Positions 1 to 12,913 of a DNA stretch of 64,000 nt are shown piece after piece. Each line of letters starts with the position of its first letter. The first letter of the stretch is position 1. Below the pieces are notes generated by a model. It did no database searches, had not been told where the DNA came from, and was given only the letters and a program-made list of their open reading frames with translations. Made by a program: the position numbers and the translations under genes. The stretch is from Eledone cirrhosa (lineage: Eukaryota). The stretch lies in the NCBI GenBank assembly GCA_964016885.1, contig OZ024746.1, positions 79,174,001 through 79,238,000 of the forward strand, in the 5' to 3' direction.

Positions 1-679
1 TTTATTATGAAAGTAATATTAAAATCTTATACATTTATCCATAGTTGAGCTGTATGTTTTGATTGAAATCTAGAATTTATGTAAGAATATATATTTATTT
101 CGATGATGCAATATAGCCAAATGGTTCAAAATTTTGCTTCGCAATCAATAGATCGATGGCTCGAATCTACTTTACGGTATTTGCGTCATAAGTTCTTTCC
201 CATTACTTGAATCTACCTAATCTTTGTGAGTGAAATTTTATAGATGGAAACAGTCTGGTGAACTGTACCTACAATTCAAAGATCCAGCCTTCTCACACAC
301 ACTACATCATTCTGAATTTTCCTGAGAGCAGATTATAATGAAAACATTCAACGAGATAGTTTTTGACACAATACGCTAAATTTTAAAACGAAACTCTATA
401 GTAATTGTAGCATGATAAGAAAATGCGTTCATATGTGAGTGATTGAGCAAAACGAATAAACAATAAGGGTTATGTTTTGAAAGAGCAAACCTTTCTTAAC
501 TCAATCCTTCAACTCCTCACATGCCAGCTGAAGTTTTTTTTATATGTGCATACAAAAATATACGCCAAACAATTTCTTGATAAAAGATACCTAAGAATTG
601 ATCGACATACAGTTTATGAAATCCGATAGCATACTTCAATCTTTGTAGTATTTAACACCTTTACAAATATATCTGATGA

Positions 680-900
680 TAAACAGCACTAAACATAAAA
701 GGAAAACCACTAAACATAATTAAAACATCATTAAACATAAACAACTCCATTAAATATTATTAAAATATCATTAAATATAAAATACACAATTAAATATTAA
801 AACGCCATTAAACACAAACAGCACCATTAAATATTATTAAAATATCATTAAACATAAAATACACAATTATGTATCATTAAAATGCCATTAAACATAAAAA
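680..900. repeat. Degenerate AT-rich minisatellite (cattaaacataa)
   Basis: Direct inspection. Confidence 0.7.
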
Positions 901-1212
901 GGATACCAAGCATCTACACATTCATCCAAATATATATAAGATACGAAATTGTTATATGAAATATATACATGAAAAGTGGCATTTCGTACACATTTCAAAT
1001 GAAAAGGGTTGGGTAGGTCCGTGACTGTGGTAAATGGCACTTACTTAAGATGGCACAGAGTGGGATAATATCTGAGATTTTATGATTGCGAAGCGAACTT
1101 CTAAATCATTCGACCATGCTGTATGTATGTATGTATGTATGTATGTATGTATGTATGTATGTATGTATGTATGTATGTATGTATGTATGTATGTATGTAC
1201 GTATGTATGTAT

Positions 1213-1825
1213 GTCAGGTCACCAGTTGGTGCTACTGGTAACATGTATCCCAGTACAACCTGTCTCATGGTCGGGTCGTTGGCGACTAAACTGGCAACCC
1301 CACCAAGGTTTCTTGGTGAGGAGGGTGACTTTGGACATCCTGCAGGACTAAAAACAAAACCTGTCAAAGGGCAAAGGAGCTCTTAAGAGTCAATGGCCAT
1401 CTAAAATCACCGGGAGAGATGACCCCTTAGCCTTTGTCAAGGCAGAATTCTAGGAGAAGGAAAACTCTGATATAACACCTGCAACCTTGATGGTATCCAA
1501 TGATGTTGACTTGTTCTTCTTTTTGGTAAATATCATCTTGGTTAAGAGAGTGGGACTGGCTTTGTGCAGTGCCTTTGCTCACTATAAAAGCTTCACGGCA
1601 CAGGCATTGCTTTATATCTGGAGATCTCTCTGCACTTGTTGTCACATGGTACCATGGGCCCTGCACTATGTGTCAATAATGGTCACAAGTGTAGTGTTTG
1701 TACCAGAGTTTTCAAGTCGCTGGCTGGACTAAAAGGTCACATTCGTTCAGCGCATCGGTAGGGGTTCTCCTACATGGATATAAAGTAGTGGCCGTACTCG
1801 AAAACGAGTTGGCAGCCACCATGTA
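1213..1825 (+). mobile_element. Non-autonomous RTE-derived element with (ATGT)n tail
   Basis: Near-identical copy at 42375-42966. RTE-like leader (ggagaaggaaaactctga) joined to a terminal C2H2 remnant (CSVCTRVFKSLAGLKxH..AHR*). (TATG)n flanks. Confidence 0.7.
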
Positions 1826-1857
1826 TGTATGATGCATGTATGTTTGCATGTATGTAT

Positions 1858-2180
1858 GTTATCTCTTTCTCTTAATTTCGAGTATATTTTTTTGACCGGC
1901 CACCTTCCAGGTGGCAAGGTTGTGAAGGAAAGGAAATTGTCATCCCTTGAATCGCAAGAATGTTTTGCAAATTTTGAAGGTGCCAGCTATCGCAGCCATT
2001 TGTAGACTATGAATTAGGGAGCTGCGCTCTTTGTCCGCAAATCCAAGTTCAGTCATACTTTGGTCCAAACGGGTTGGTATATAACCCGTAGCTCCAATAA
2101 TGATGGGTATAGCTAAAGGTGTATCTTGGATACTGAATTTGTAAACTCCTCATCAATGGTCCGTAGATGTCCTCCTTCAG
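1858..2180 (-). mobile_element. 3' end of restriction-like-endonuclease (R4/Dong-type) LINE
   Basis: Minus strand reads IPIIIGATGYIP..LQMAAIAGTFKICKTFLRFKG*, then a UTR hairpin and (CATA)n. Confidence 0.6.
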
Positions 2181-2282
2181 ATGTATGTATGTATGCTTGT
2201 ATGTATGTATGTATGTATGTATGTATGTATGTATGTATGTATGTATGTATGTATGTATCTATGTATGCATGTGTGCATGTCA

Positions 2283-2820
2283 TGTCAGGTCGCTCTCGAG
2301 TACTAGTGGTAACATGTAACCCAGTACAACCTGTCTCATGGTCCATGGTCGGGTCGTTGGCGACTAATCCAGCAACCCCACCAAGCTTGCTTGGTGAGGA
2401 GGGTGATACTTAGACACCCTGCTGGATGAAATACAAGATCTGGCAAAGGGCGAAGGAACTCAGCAGAGTCAACGGCCATCCAAATAGTACTTTTTTTTTC
2501 TCCACCTGGGAGTGAAAGGCCCCCAGTTGTTGACACAACACCTTTCTAGGAGAGGGTTACTCTGAAAAAGAAAACCTGCCGGTTCGGAAGCATCCGATGA
2601 TGTTGACCAGTTCTCCTTTTCGGGTAGTGTTCTCGATAATAGGAGAGAGGGATTGGTGGAGTGCAAGGCTTTTCCCCACTTAAAAAAACCTTCAAAGCAC
2701 AGGCATTGTTTGTTCAGGATATGTTACAGATTTGTGTCGCTGGCCGTAGCCTAAAAGTGCAACATATTCTGTAATCTGACAAGTGATTGTAATACTCTTA
2801 GGAAAGTTTGCAGCCATCAT
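2283..2820 (+). mobile_element. Sister family of the RTE-derived element
   Basis: Shares the 5' leader with 1213-1825. Its 3' part recurs at 16078-16256. (ATGT)n tail. Confidence 0.65.
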
Positions 2821-3063
2821 GTATGTATGCACATATCTATATATATATGTATGCATGTATGTATATACGTATGCATGTATGTATGTGAACGAGTGTGATT
2901 GTTTATTTGTAGAAATTTATGTATGCACGTATGAATGTGTGTACGCACCTGCGAATGTATGCAATCATATAGTAATTTATGTATCTACGCATATATATAT
3001 AAATATGTATATACGTACGTATGTATGCATGTATGTGCATATGAATGTATATACTTACATACG

Positions 3064-3100
<37 letters not shown>

Positions 3101-3715
3101 CTGTATTCACGTACGCATGTATTTCTGTCTGTCTGTCTGTCTGTCTGTCTGTATGTATGTATGTATGTATGTATGTATGTATGTACGTATGCATGTATGC
3201 ATGTACGTATGTATGTATGTATGTATGTATGTATGTATGTATGTATGTATGTATGTATGTATGTATGTATGTATGCATGTACGTATGTATGTACGCATGT
3301 ACGTATGTATGTATGTATGTATGTATGTATGTATGTACGTATGTATGTGTGTACGTATGTATGTATGTATGTATGTATGTATGTATGTATGTATGTATGT
3401 ATGTATGTATGTAGGTAGGTATGGCAGTCATGAAATGGTTTTTCACACTTGAAGTTCGAAGCGGCTAACTAGATCACACAGAAAGAAAGCTAAAGATTCA
3501 TGGCGATAACGAGCCCTCAAAATAGAATGGAAACTATAAAGGTCATCACTATAATATAGGTTAAATTACTGCAACAATTCTATATCCATCAATATAAGTC
3601 ATTAGATGATATATTCTCGAGATATTTTCCCTGAAACTCTTAACATATATATCTCAGCAAGTAGCAACAATATTAGAAACGACAGCACCAGGATCATTAT
3701 CAATATTCAACAAAA

Positions 3716-4171
3716 TATTTGTTTCTAGTTTAGGCTCAAGACCAGTAACATTTTAGAGAAGAGGAAAGTCTATTAGATCGAACACAGTATTTGATTGGCA
3801 CTGTATTTTATCGATCCAGGAAGGATGAAAGGCAAAGTTAATCTCGACTGGATTTGAAATCAGAATGTAAGGATCTGTCACTAACCAACACAAAGTATTT
3901 TGTCCGACATCCTAACGGTTTTGCCAATCCATAATCACAGCATTCAACGACACAATGATGGGTTCTTAGATAGGCACAAGGCCAGTAATTTGAGGGGGGG
4001 GGGGGTCGATTAAATCGACCCCAGTGCGTTACTGGTACTTTATTTCATCGACCCCGTAAGGATGAAAGGCAAAGTTAATCTCGACTGGATTTGAGCTCAG
4101 AATGTAAGAAGCTGTCAATAACCACCACAAAGTATTTTGTCCGACATCTTAAGGGTGTCTGCCAATCCACC
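3716..4171 (-). mobile_element. Two tandem tRNA-derived SINEs (Nin/Deu-like central domain)
   Basis: Core ..aactttgcctttcatcctt.c.gg.tcgat.aaata.agt.cca.. occurs twice (3716-3930, 3960-4171). Confidence 0.75.
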
Positions 4172-4474
4172 ATCACAACATTTAACGGCACAATAATAAA
4201 AATGTCTGTGTGTTGGATCTCCGTTGGTTCCAATGATGAGTGTTCCAGTTGTTTGTTCGATCAACTGGCTTGTGAAATTAACGTGACTGAACATGTATAC
4301 TTGCACATGTATACTTAACGTAGTTCTCAGGGAAATTCAGCAAGACACTGCGTATGACAAAGCTGACCGTTTAACTGACAGGTAAAATTAATTTTTGTCA
4401 ATCCAGGTAGACTGGAGCAGAACACAACGTTCCGCAGCACATTAACTCAAACTTCTATGCCAAGCACCTTCATT

Positions 4475-4714
4475 GATAGAAATCATTTCTGATTGCGGGA
4501 CAGTCTATGAGTTAGGGAGCTGCGTTCTGTTTCCACAAATCCAAGTTCAGTTATACTTTGCTCCAAGCGGGTTGGTATATAACCTGTAGCTGATGGGTAG
4601 GAAGTTGAAGGTGTATCTTGGATACTGGATCTGAAAACTCCTCATGAATCGTCCTTAGATGTCCTCCTTCTCTTGTATTTTTCTTACAACTTTGACATCA
4701 AGTGGGCAGCTGAT
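4475..4714 (-). mobile_element. Related RLE-LINE fragment
   Basis: Homologous to ~2000-2180 and extends to ISCPLDVKVVRKIQEKED (RLE-like motif). Confidence 0.55.
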
Positions 4715-5316
4715 GGAGTTTGAACTAGAAAACCTAAAAATTCGGAAGAGATACCGAAAAGTATTTTTCCGAGGTTTAACCGATTCTGTCAATCACTGAG
4801 ATATCAAAGTAATAACAATAATATTGATTACAATAGTTACCACGATGTCAATGGAGAGAACATTACAAAAACAAATTCTAAGAATTGTTATTATCTGTTC
4901 ATATATATGTAGTAGGATACTTTTCTTTTTATTTGCTATGTAATAACAAAATTAAAAGTTATTATAAAAATAATAAAATAAGGGTGGGGTGGGGGGACAA
5001 TTTCTCCATCCTTGGCTTGACACTATATACATCTTTGGCTTGACAAGATGGCGAAAGCATTGCCACGCTGAGAACAGCCTGTGATACACGCCGCAATAAC
5101 AATTTTTTGTTGTCTGTATGTAAAATATAAATAAGAAAAGAATAATACAATACACACAGCGTTTAACTTTAGCATTGTTACTGGCGATTTGTTTTCTTTA
5201 TATATATATATGTATATATATAGAAGTAAAAAAAGCCAGAAAACAAAAACAATAGCAAAGAGTGCAGTACGAACAGTGTGGTATTAGGTTTACGCTTGAG
5301 AGTGGAGGGTGGGAGA

Positions 5317-5373
<57 letters not shown>

Positions 5374-5399
5374 TGTATATATATATATATATATGCATG

Positions 5400-5434
<35 letters not shown>

Positions 5435-5473
5435 TCAAAATATTAACAAAATAGATATTCTTGTGATCAAGTA

Positions 5474-5540
5474 TATTTTATTATACATATTTCAGAGGTA
5501 CTGAGTTATTTTCAACAGTACGTCCTCATCAGATAAAATA
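5474..5540 (-). ncRNA. Minimal type I hammerhead ribozyme (inverted copy)
   Basis: Reverse complement of 5874-5940, differing only in loop II. Confidence 0.85.
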
Positions 5541-5873
5541 AGATGATGTATGACATACCCTGACATAGTAGATGGTTAAGATTCAGTCATGGTAGTGATT
5601 AACATATGACAAAACTCAATATTTATACCCTAATATTGAGAACATGAGAAAAATATATAATACAAACAATAGAGAGGGTGCGTGTAATACAGCTTAAAAA
5701 ATACATGGCATCAATATAACAGAAATTTTTAATTTTAATTTTTTTAAAAAGCTACTGAAGAAAGAGGAAAGAAAGGAAAGCATAGAGGAACAAAGAGGAA
5801 GAAACAGCTGATGTGATAATATATTTAGTAGTTATAATTATTAAAGAATTTATGATTAAACAGTTTGAGTGCC

Positions 5874-5940
5874 TATTTTATCTGATGAGGACGTACTGTT
5901 GAACTTAACTCAGTACCTCTGAAATATGTATAATAAAATA
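5874..5940 (+). ncRNA. Minimal type I hammerhead ribozyme
   Basis: tattttat-CTGATGA-ggacgtactg..cagtacctct-GAAA-tatgta-TA-ataaaata. Confidence 0.88.
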
Positions 5941-6076
5941 TACTTGATCACAAGAATATCTATTTTGTTAATATTTTGAATTAATATTAATAACTCTGGA
6001 AAACCTTTCTGTTGAGTGCTTCCAATCTATTGTAAAACTCATTCTTTGATGTATTCATTGAACCTTGTTTAACTTT

Positions 6077-6118
<42 letters not shown>

Positions 6119-6179
6119 AGGAAAACTTCAACCATTAAGGTATGTTCCTTGGCTATGTCAAAATTTATAAAACACTTTG

Positions 6180-6241
6180 TATTTTATCTGGTGAAAGCGT
6201 AGCAATGATTTTGGTACCCTTGAAATATATATAATAGAATA
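6180..6241 (+). ncRNA. Degenerate hammerhead (family F; core CTGGTGA)
   Basis: Homologous to 24249-24313 and 62751-62816, including the downstream sequence. A6 is mutated. Confidence 0.55.
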
Positions 6242-6281
6242 AATATGGTTTTATAATTATAGTTTCCATTTATTTAATATT

Positions 6282-6361
<80 letters not shown>

Positions 6362-6545
6362 CCTACACATACACTTATATATATGAATGAGATATTACTT
6401 ATTACTAGTTAGCACTAAAGAACTTAGAATTCCACACTTATTTATATAAGAACAATAGAAAGATGACTATATATATATATATGTAGAGAGAGAGAGAGAG
6501 AGAGAGATAAATATACACGGGTGTGTATGATTGTGTAGAGAAGAT

Positions 6546-6775
6546 TATATTAATAAGAGGAATTCCAACTTTGTCTGATTTACTCGTTTTATTTACAATC
6601 CTTTAAAATTTATAATGGTATTATAATGAAATAGTATGGTAGAATATTAAATTCTAAGTGTTAATTAACACTTAGAATTTAATATTCTATCATACTATTT
6701 CATTATAATACCATTATAAATTTTAAAGGATTGTAAATAAAACGAGTAAATCAGACAAAGTTGGAATTCCTCTTA

Positions 6776-6783
<8 letters not shown>
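6546..6783. mobile_element. Near-perfect ~238-bp palindrome: fold-back of PLE-like 3' end (family C)
   Basis: Arms of ~119 bp with no spacer (centre gtgttaa|ttaacac). The arm matches 63807-63924. Confidence 0.85.
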
Positions 6784-6863
<80 letters not shown>

Positions 6864-6879
6864 TATACATATATATATA

Positions 6880-7036
6880 GGAAAAAGTATGACCCCGACG
6901 GCAGAGCTCAAGTCGTCGAAACGGCTTGAGCTCTGCCGTCAGGGTCATACTTTCTCCTATTACCCACTCTACTACCCCAAGTATTGAGTACTCTGGTGCG
7001 TTATGGTCCATCTGGTTCCTTACCACAACTCCTTCG

Positions 7037-7038
<2 letters not shown>
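6880..7038 (+). mobile_element. Family D fold-back element with hammerhead 3' half (GAAACGGC..GCCGTC) in (TA)n
   Basis: Inverted arm plus unique tail. Further copies at 27687-27766, 29216-29384, 37369-37534(-), 38052-38244, 49890-49954, 50628-50757 and 52142-52330(-). Confidence 0.8.
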
Positions 7039-7071
<33 letters not shown>

Positions 7072-7074
<3 letters not shown>

Positions 7075-7278
7075 TATCGAGAATCGGAACCTCGGCCCAC
7101 GAAATAACGAAACACAATCTTCGAAATGTGTGGCAAAGTGCTCAATAGTTTGGATAAACCAGAGCTATAACTAACGTTTAAATACCAACACACTGAGACG
7201 ATGCTTAAACAATCATTCGCACAGCCGAAAAAACGACCAAGAAAATTCGGGTCAGACAAATAAAAATATAGATGAATT

Positions 7279-7282
<4 letters not shown>
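7072..7282 (-). mobile_element. PLE-like 3' end fragment in (TA)n
   Basis: TA-flanked island carrying the tail hairpin GCTC-TGGTTT-atcc-AAACTA-TT-GAGC at 7140-7165(-). Confidence 0.55.
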
Positions 7283-7348
<66 letters not shown>

Positions 7349-7542
7349 GATAAATCTACCAAGAGTTTACGGTAGTGTCCAATCCGTATGAAGAACTCAA
7401 TGTATTCCGGATATCATGGAAAGAAGAGATGCAATGAAAAATCACTTTCGGTGAAAGATAAACGGAATACAGAGTCAAGATAAAATATTAAACAAATAAT
7501 GAATAAAACAATGAAACAGTTCCTTATATTAAACAAAAAAAG

Positions 7543-7697
7543 TTCATTATTTAACGATCGTTTCTAGGATATATATGTGTTAGAATTGGCATGCATATTC
7601 AACAGATCTATGTACAAAATTATACAAAATTATACAAACTATCAAGATTAAATATACATACCAAACACACATATATGCCGTCTTCAGAAATAATGAA
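7543..7697 (-). ncRNA. Type I hammerhead ribozyme in PLE 3' pLTR (long stem II)
   Basis: ttcattattt-CTGAAGA-[~116-nt stem II]-GAAA-CGATCG-TT-aaataatgaa. 10-bp stem I, palindromic stem III. Confidence 0.8.
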
Positions 7698-8306
7698 ATA
7701 TATTTATTGATAATAACAACAATTCAAAATTTCAGGTCCGTTTGGGAACGGAGTTCAAATTGACCAATGAAAATACAAAAAATTTTATGCAGTTTGGTGT
7801 GTGTATATACATGTAACTAACTTCGTACACATATTTATACAAAGATATATGCTCAACATGCATACGCATGCCAAAAAGATGTATGCAAATACAAAAATTC
7901 AAGGCTAATGTCTCTGTAAGTTTATAATCCACAGATAAAATGCGTATAGACACTTCAATATGAAATAAGTGTATACACATATTCACATACTCACACATAT
8001 CCGTACACTCACACACACACGCGCGTATATGCATAAACATACACATAATTACGAACATACACACACACACACACCCCCACACACATATATATGTGGATAT
8101 AATATTATCATAAGCACATGGATATTAATGCACGCACATAACCACTGCCACACACATTTAGATCAAGATACAGAAATTAGGTGGGAGGGGGGGAGAGGTC
8201 AGTATTCAACGGTTTCGGCAGACTGCTTATTTATAGATGTATCTATAAATTTAGAAATAAAAAGAAAAGAAAAGAAAAAGAAAAAAGAAAAAAGAAATAT
8301 ATCAAG

Positions 8307-8309
<3 letters not shown>

Positions 8310-8360
<51 letters not shown>

Positions 8361-8821
8361 TACACATACAACACACACACACACACATATATAAACATAT
8401 ACATATATATACATACACATATACACATATACATATATATATATATATACACACATATATACACATATATACACACACACATATATACACACACATATAT
8501 ACACATACACGCACATATACATACACATACATACTTATATACATACAGACATACACATACATACATATATATACACACATATACATACAGACATACATAC
8601 ATACATACACACATACACACATACACACACATACATACTCATACATAGACATAGATATATATTCACACACACATACGCAGTTACATATACGCATATATAC
8701 AAATACTTACGCATCCATATATCCGTATATACATACAAACACCACTACACTCTCACACAACTCAGACATACAAAGAAAAAGGTATATACATATACACATA
8801 TACACATACAAATAGAGATAC

Positions 8822-8853
<32 letters not shown>

Positions 8854-9052
8854 ATATATATATATACACATATATATACATACATATATATACACACATA
8901 CATACATGTACATACACATATACACATACATACATACACACATACACACATACATATATAGTCTCACACACACACACCTACACATACATACACATACACA
9001 TATATAAAGATATATATACACACACATACACACACACACATATATAATAAAC

Positions 9053-9091
<39 letters not shown>

Positions 9092-9959
9092 CACACATAT
9101 ACATACACATATACATACATACACACACATACATACATACATATACACCCATATATATAAAAACACACATACACACATACATACATACACACACACTTAC
9201 ATACACACACATACATACTCATACATAGACATAGATATATATTCACACATCCATACGCACTTACATATACGCATATATACAAATACATATGCATCCATAT
9301 ATGCGTATATACATACAAACACCACTACACTCTCACACAACTCAGACATACAAAGAAAAAGGTATATACATATACATATATACACACACAAATAGAGATA
9401 CATATACACGTATATATATATATATATACATACATATATATATATATACCCACACACACATACAACCATAAACACACATACAAACACATACATACACACA
9501 TATATACATATATATATACACACACACAAAAACACACATACACATATATATTTACATATATATATATATATATATACACATACACACCTTCACATACATA
9601 TATATACACATAAGTTATATTATAATAATAAATAATATATATATATATATACACATACAAATATATATATATACATATATATATATACACACACACACAC
9701 ACACTCACATATATATGTGCGCACACGTATATATATACACATACACACATATACACATAAACATATACATGTGCATACATGTACATACACACATATACCC
9801 ACATAGATACGAAGATACACATATATATAGAGAGACATACATATACATACACATATATACACACACATACATACACACATATATATATACACACACATAC
9901 ACGCCCACACACACATACACATATACATATATATATATACATACACATATATATACACA

Positions 9960-9999
<40 letters not shown>

Positions 10000-10120
10000 T
10001 ATATATACACACAATCATACATTTTTATTTGCATGCGCTTATATGTATTTTTATACTCAGATATAAACACCCAAACATATATACACCTACCTACATATAT
10101 ATATTCATACATACACACTT
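8310..10120. repeat. (TA/CA) compound microsatellite inside PLE 3' UTR, with an internal duplication at ~580-bp offset
   Basis: 8631-8830 recurs at 9211-9410. Confidence 0.85.
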
Positions 10121-11221
10121 ACAAATACAGATGATAATAGTATGGGAGAAAGGGGGGGGGGTGGAGAAGGGGATTATAGTAAATATATGTTTCAACAAAC
10201 ATAGAATATTAATCTGTATTTGGATCTCAATATATGTTTTTACATAGTTTCAGTGTTAGGAAATGCAAGAAATAAGGCAAAATTATGCATTTCAAAATAA
10301 GTATACCATTAATTATAGGTTAACTAAACCAAAGATAGTTAACATAATGATTTCTAAGGTGTAAATTAGTTAGGTTTATAATATTTGAAGCAGAATTTTG
10401 AAGTTAAATAGTAGTAGAGTATTAATTATAGTATAACTAAATTAAAATTATTAACGTTATGGTATCAATATTAGGAAATGAATTTAGTAATAGGGGAAAA
10501 AACAAATAAAGTATTACATCGGTAGTAGAATATAAATTATAGGTTAACTAAATTAAAAATTATATATTAATTTCTATAGTATATGTTAATTAGGTATATA
10601 ATAAATAAAACAGATATTGTATTTTATCAATAGCAGAATATAATTATATGCAAATAGAAATCAAAATTAAAACATATACATATAGATATACATACACATA
10701 TATACATATACACATATATATACATACATACACATACATATATATACATACATATACATATTTTTTCAAAAATTGCAAAGAATATATTAACTAGGTATAC
10801 ATCCAAAACACATCCCATTCTATGATTACATGACACTCTGCAATCCGTCTGTATTAGGATACTAATTTTAAGCCAATTAAATTAAATTTTTAGGTTGACT
10901 AAATTTAAAACCAAATTATAAATATATTTCTAAAATGTATATTAATTAGGTCTATAATACTAAAATTATTTCTCTGTCATTGAATACACGATATTTTGTT
11001 ATATTTTATCTGTAAAGGAATTTTAATAAAGGGTAAAATAAATTAAAATTAATCTATAAATTAAATTACTAAGTATATATTAGTAATATTTAAAGGTTTT
11101 TCACAATTTATGATTACACAATATTTTATATTCTCATCTGTAGTAGAATTTTAATTAAATTAAATTTATAGGTTAACTAACATTTAAATTAAATTATATA
11201 TTAATATCTAAAATAATGTTA

Positions 11222-12913
11222 TTAATTAGGTTTATAATATTTAAATGTTTTTTTTAGTTTATGATTACACGATATAATTAATTTCTGTCGTTTATTTAAT
11301 AGGATATCCTTAGATTTCATTATTTCAAATAGTTCTTGGGAATATAATCTACATTCATTTCTATTATTTTGATAAGGGGTGGCTCTTTTGAGCACACTCC
11401 AGGTCAAATCATATTCTATATTCTTATTTTTATAACTATTGATTTTTTCTGCTAGAGATGTTGTATTAGCCAGTGCGGCATTTTTAAAACTATGCTTGTG
11501 GGTATTAAACCTTGTCTTAAAATTGTTAGAAGTAGCTCCTATATATGAGCAAATAGAATCTTTAGTTTTAACATTACATTTATAGACTATGTTGTTAACA
11601 AGACAATTCCCTTTTAATGGGCAGTTTGCTTTGTTTCTACAGTTACAACCTTTCGTTAATTCTGTATTTGAGGAGATATTATGGTTAGTTTGATGTATTG
11701 GTGGTATACCTATGGTTTTCTTACATTTATATGCATTATAGGCACTTATATTTTGTTTTATGTTATTTGTTGTTGAGTATGAGAATTTAACTGTAGACCT
11801 ATTTAAGATTTGATGGTATTTGTGGTTTGGCGGGAAGTTTTTCTCTAGGATATAAAAAAATTTTTTACCAATATTATCCTTAATTTGTAAATTAAATGGA
11901 GCATTATACCAAGTAACCCGTCTATTACGGTTTCTATGTTGTTTATTATTTTTATTATTTTTATAGGTTGTATCGTGATGTTTACTAGGAGGATTAATGT
12001 TAATGATCTCACCACAACCATTTTTAGTTATATTTGTAGATTTAGGTGTTTTATCTTTTTTATTAGGAGTTTTATTATTAATATTTATTAGAGTTGTATG
12101 ATGAGTAGTTTTTTGAGAGTTACTATATTTTATATTAGAAGATTTGGTATTTTGGGGTATAGTGTGGGTGGCATTTAGGTGTGTACTTTTCATTTGGTGT
12201 TTGTTGGTAATATTAGGTTGTATGTTTTTAGTATTTTTAGTAGAAGGTATATATTCTAATCTATTTTTGTGGCCACTTCTATCTAGAGCTTCGTTATAGA
12301 AGGTCGCATTTTTATCAAATACATCTTGGTTAGAAGAAAGGTTAGAAATTCTAAGTGATATATTATATGCAAGGTTTTTAAGGATAGATTTAGGGTGATT
12401 AGATTGTGAGTGTATGTAATGTAAGTTTTGGTTTGGTTTATGGTAAGGTTGGTAGATACCCGTAGCTAAATCTAAAGTTATATCTAGGAAATTTACTACT
12501 TTACTTGTTTTTTCAAAAGTAATATGAAGATTATAATAGTCTTTAAGGAAAGATCTAATATGTTTTTTGTTTTTTTCTATTTCTGAAAGGCTAAGGTTGT
12601 TAGAAAGAAGAAGACAGTCATCACGATATAAACCACCTTTAAGGTGGGGAAAGGAGGCATTTATGTTGAAAAGGAGAAAGAGGCCCACAAGATCAGTAAT
12701 TTGGGCGGAATCGCTTGAACCCATAGTAATATCAAATAGATTACTATATGTGTTTCTGGTCCAGTATTCATTCTGAAATTCAATAAGTGTTAGTCTAGCA
12801 TGTGTAATAATATTAATGTCATCCAAAGTTAAGTTAGATCTATTTTTAGCAAATATCAATGCTTTGTTCAGGAGTATAGGTGATATAGAAGAATAGTAAT
12901 TATCTATATCAAA
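11222..12913 (-). CDS. PLE reverse transcriptase (from motif A onward) plus C-terminal GIY-YIG endonuclease, probably Naiad-like clade; N-terminus lost by truncation
   Basis: The frame stays open upstream of the listed ORF to FDIDNYYSSI (RT motif A). Also seen: ITMGS, GLYRDD, NFLDITL, WYNAPF..NIGKKF, CNCR..CPLKGNCL linker, IVYKC..SYIGAT..FKTRF..H and LLNKR..SCNH. Clade assignment is from remembered motifs. Confidence 0.93.
   Translation of the reverse strand, partial: FDIDNYYSSISPILLNKALIFAKNRSNLTLDDINIITHARLTLIEFQNEYWTRNTYSNLFDITMGSSDSAQITDLVGLFLLFNINASFPHLKGGLYRDDCLLLSNNLSLSEIEKNKKHIRSFLKDYYNLHITFEKTSKVVNFLDITLDLATGIYQPYHKPNQNLHYIHSQSNHPKSILKNLAYNISLRISNLSSNQDVFDKNATFYNEALDRSGHKNRLEYIPSTKNTKNIQPNITNKHQMKSTHLNATHTIPQNTKSSNIKYSNSQKTTHHTTLININNKTPNKKDKTPKSTNITKNGCGEIININPPSKHHDTTYKNNKNNKQHRNRNRRVTWYNAPFNLQIKDNIGKKFFYILEKNFPPNHKYHQILNRSTVKFSYSTTNNIKQNISAYNAYKCKKTIGIPPIHQTNHNISSNTELTKGCNCRNKANCPLKGNCLVNNIVYKCNVKTKDSICSYIGATSNNFKTRFNTHKHSFKNAALANTTSLAEKINSYKNKNIEYDLTWSVLKRATPYQNNRNECRLYSQELFEIMKSKDILLNKRQKLIISCNHKLKKTFKYYKPN

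Larger units (their letters stand above)
5433..6080 (+). mobile_element. PLE-like 3' end with inverted arm (family A) in (TA)n
   Basis: 5433-5540 is an inverted copy of 5874-5982. Unique tail 5983-6080. TA tracts on both sides. Confidence 0.75.

Noticed and set aside
11222-12913. Selenoprotein recoding, as reported for many Naiad PLEs
   Set aside because: No in-frame UGA in the surviving ORF. The tail hairpin lacks the SECIS AUGA/GA core.
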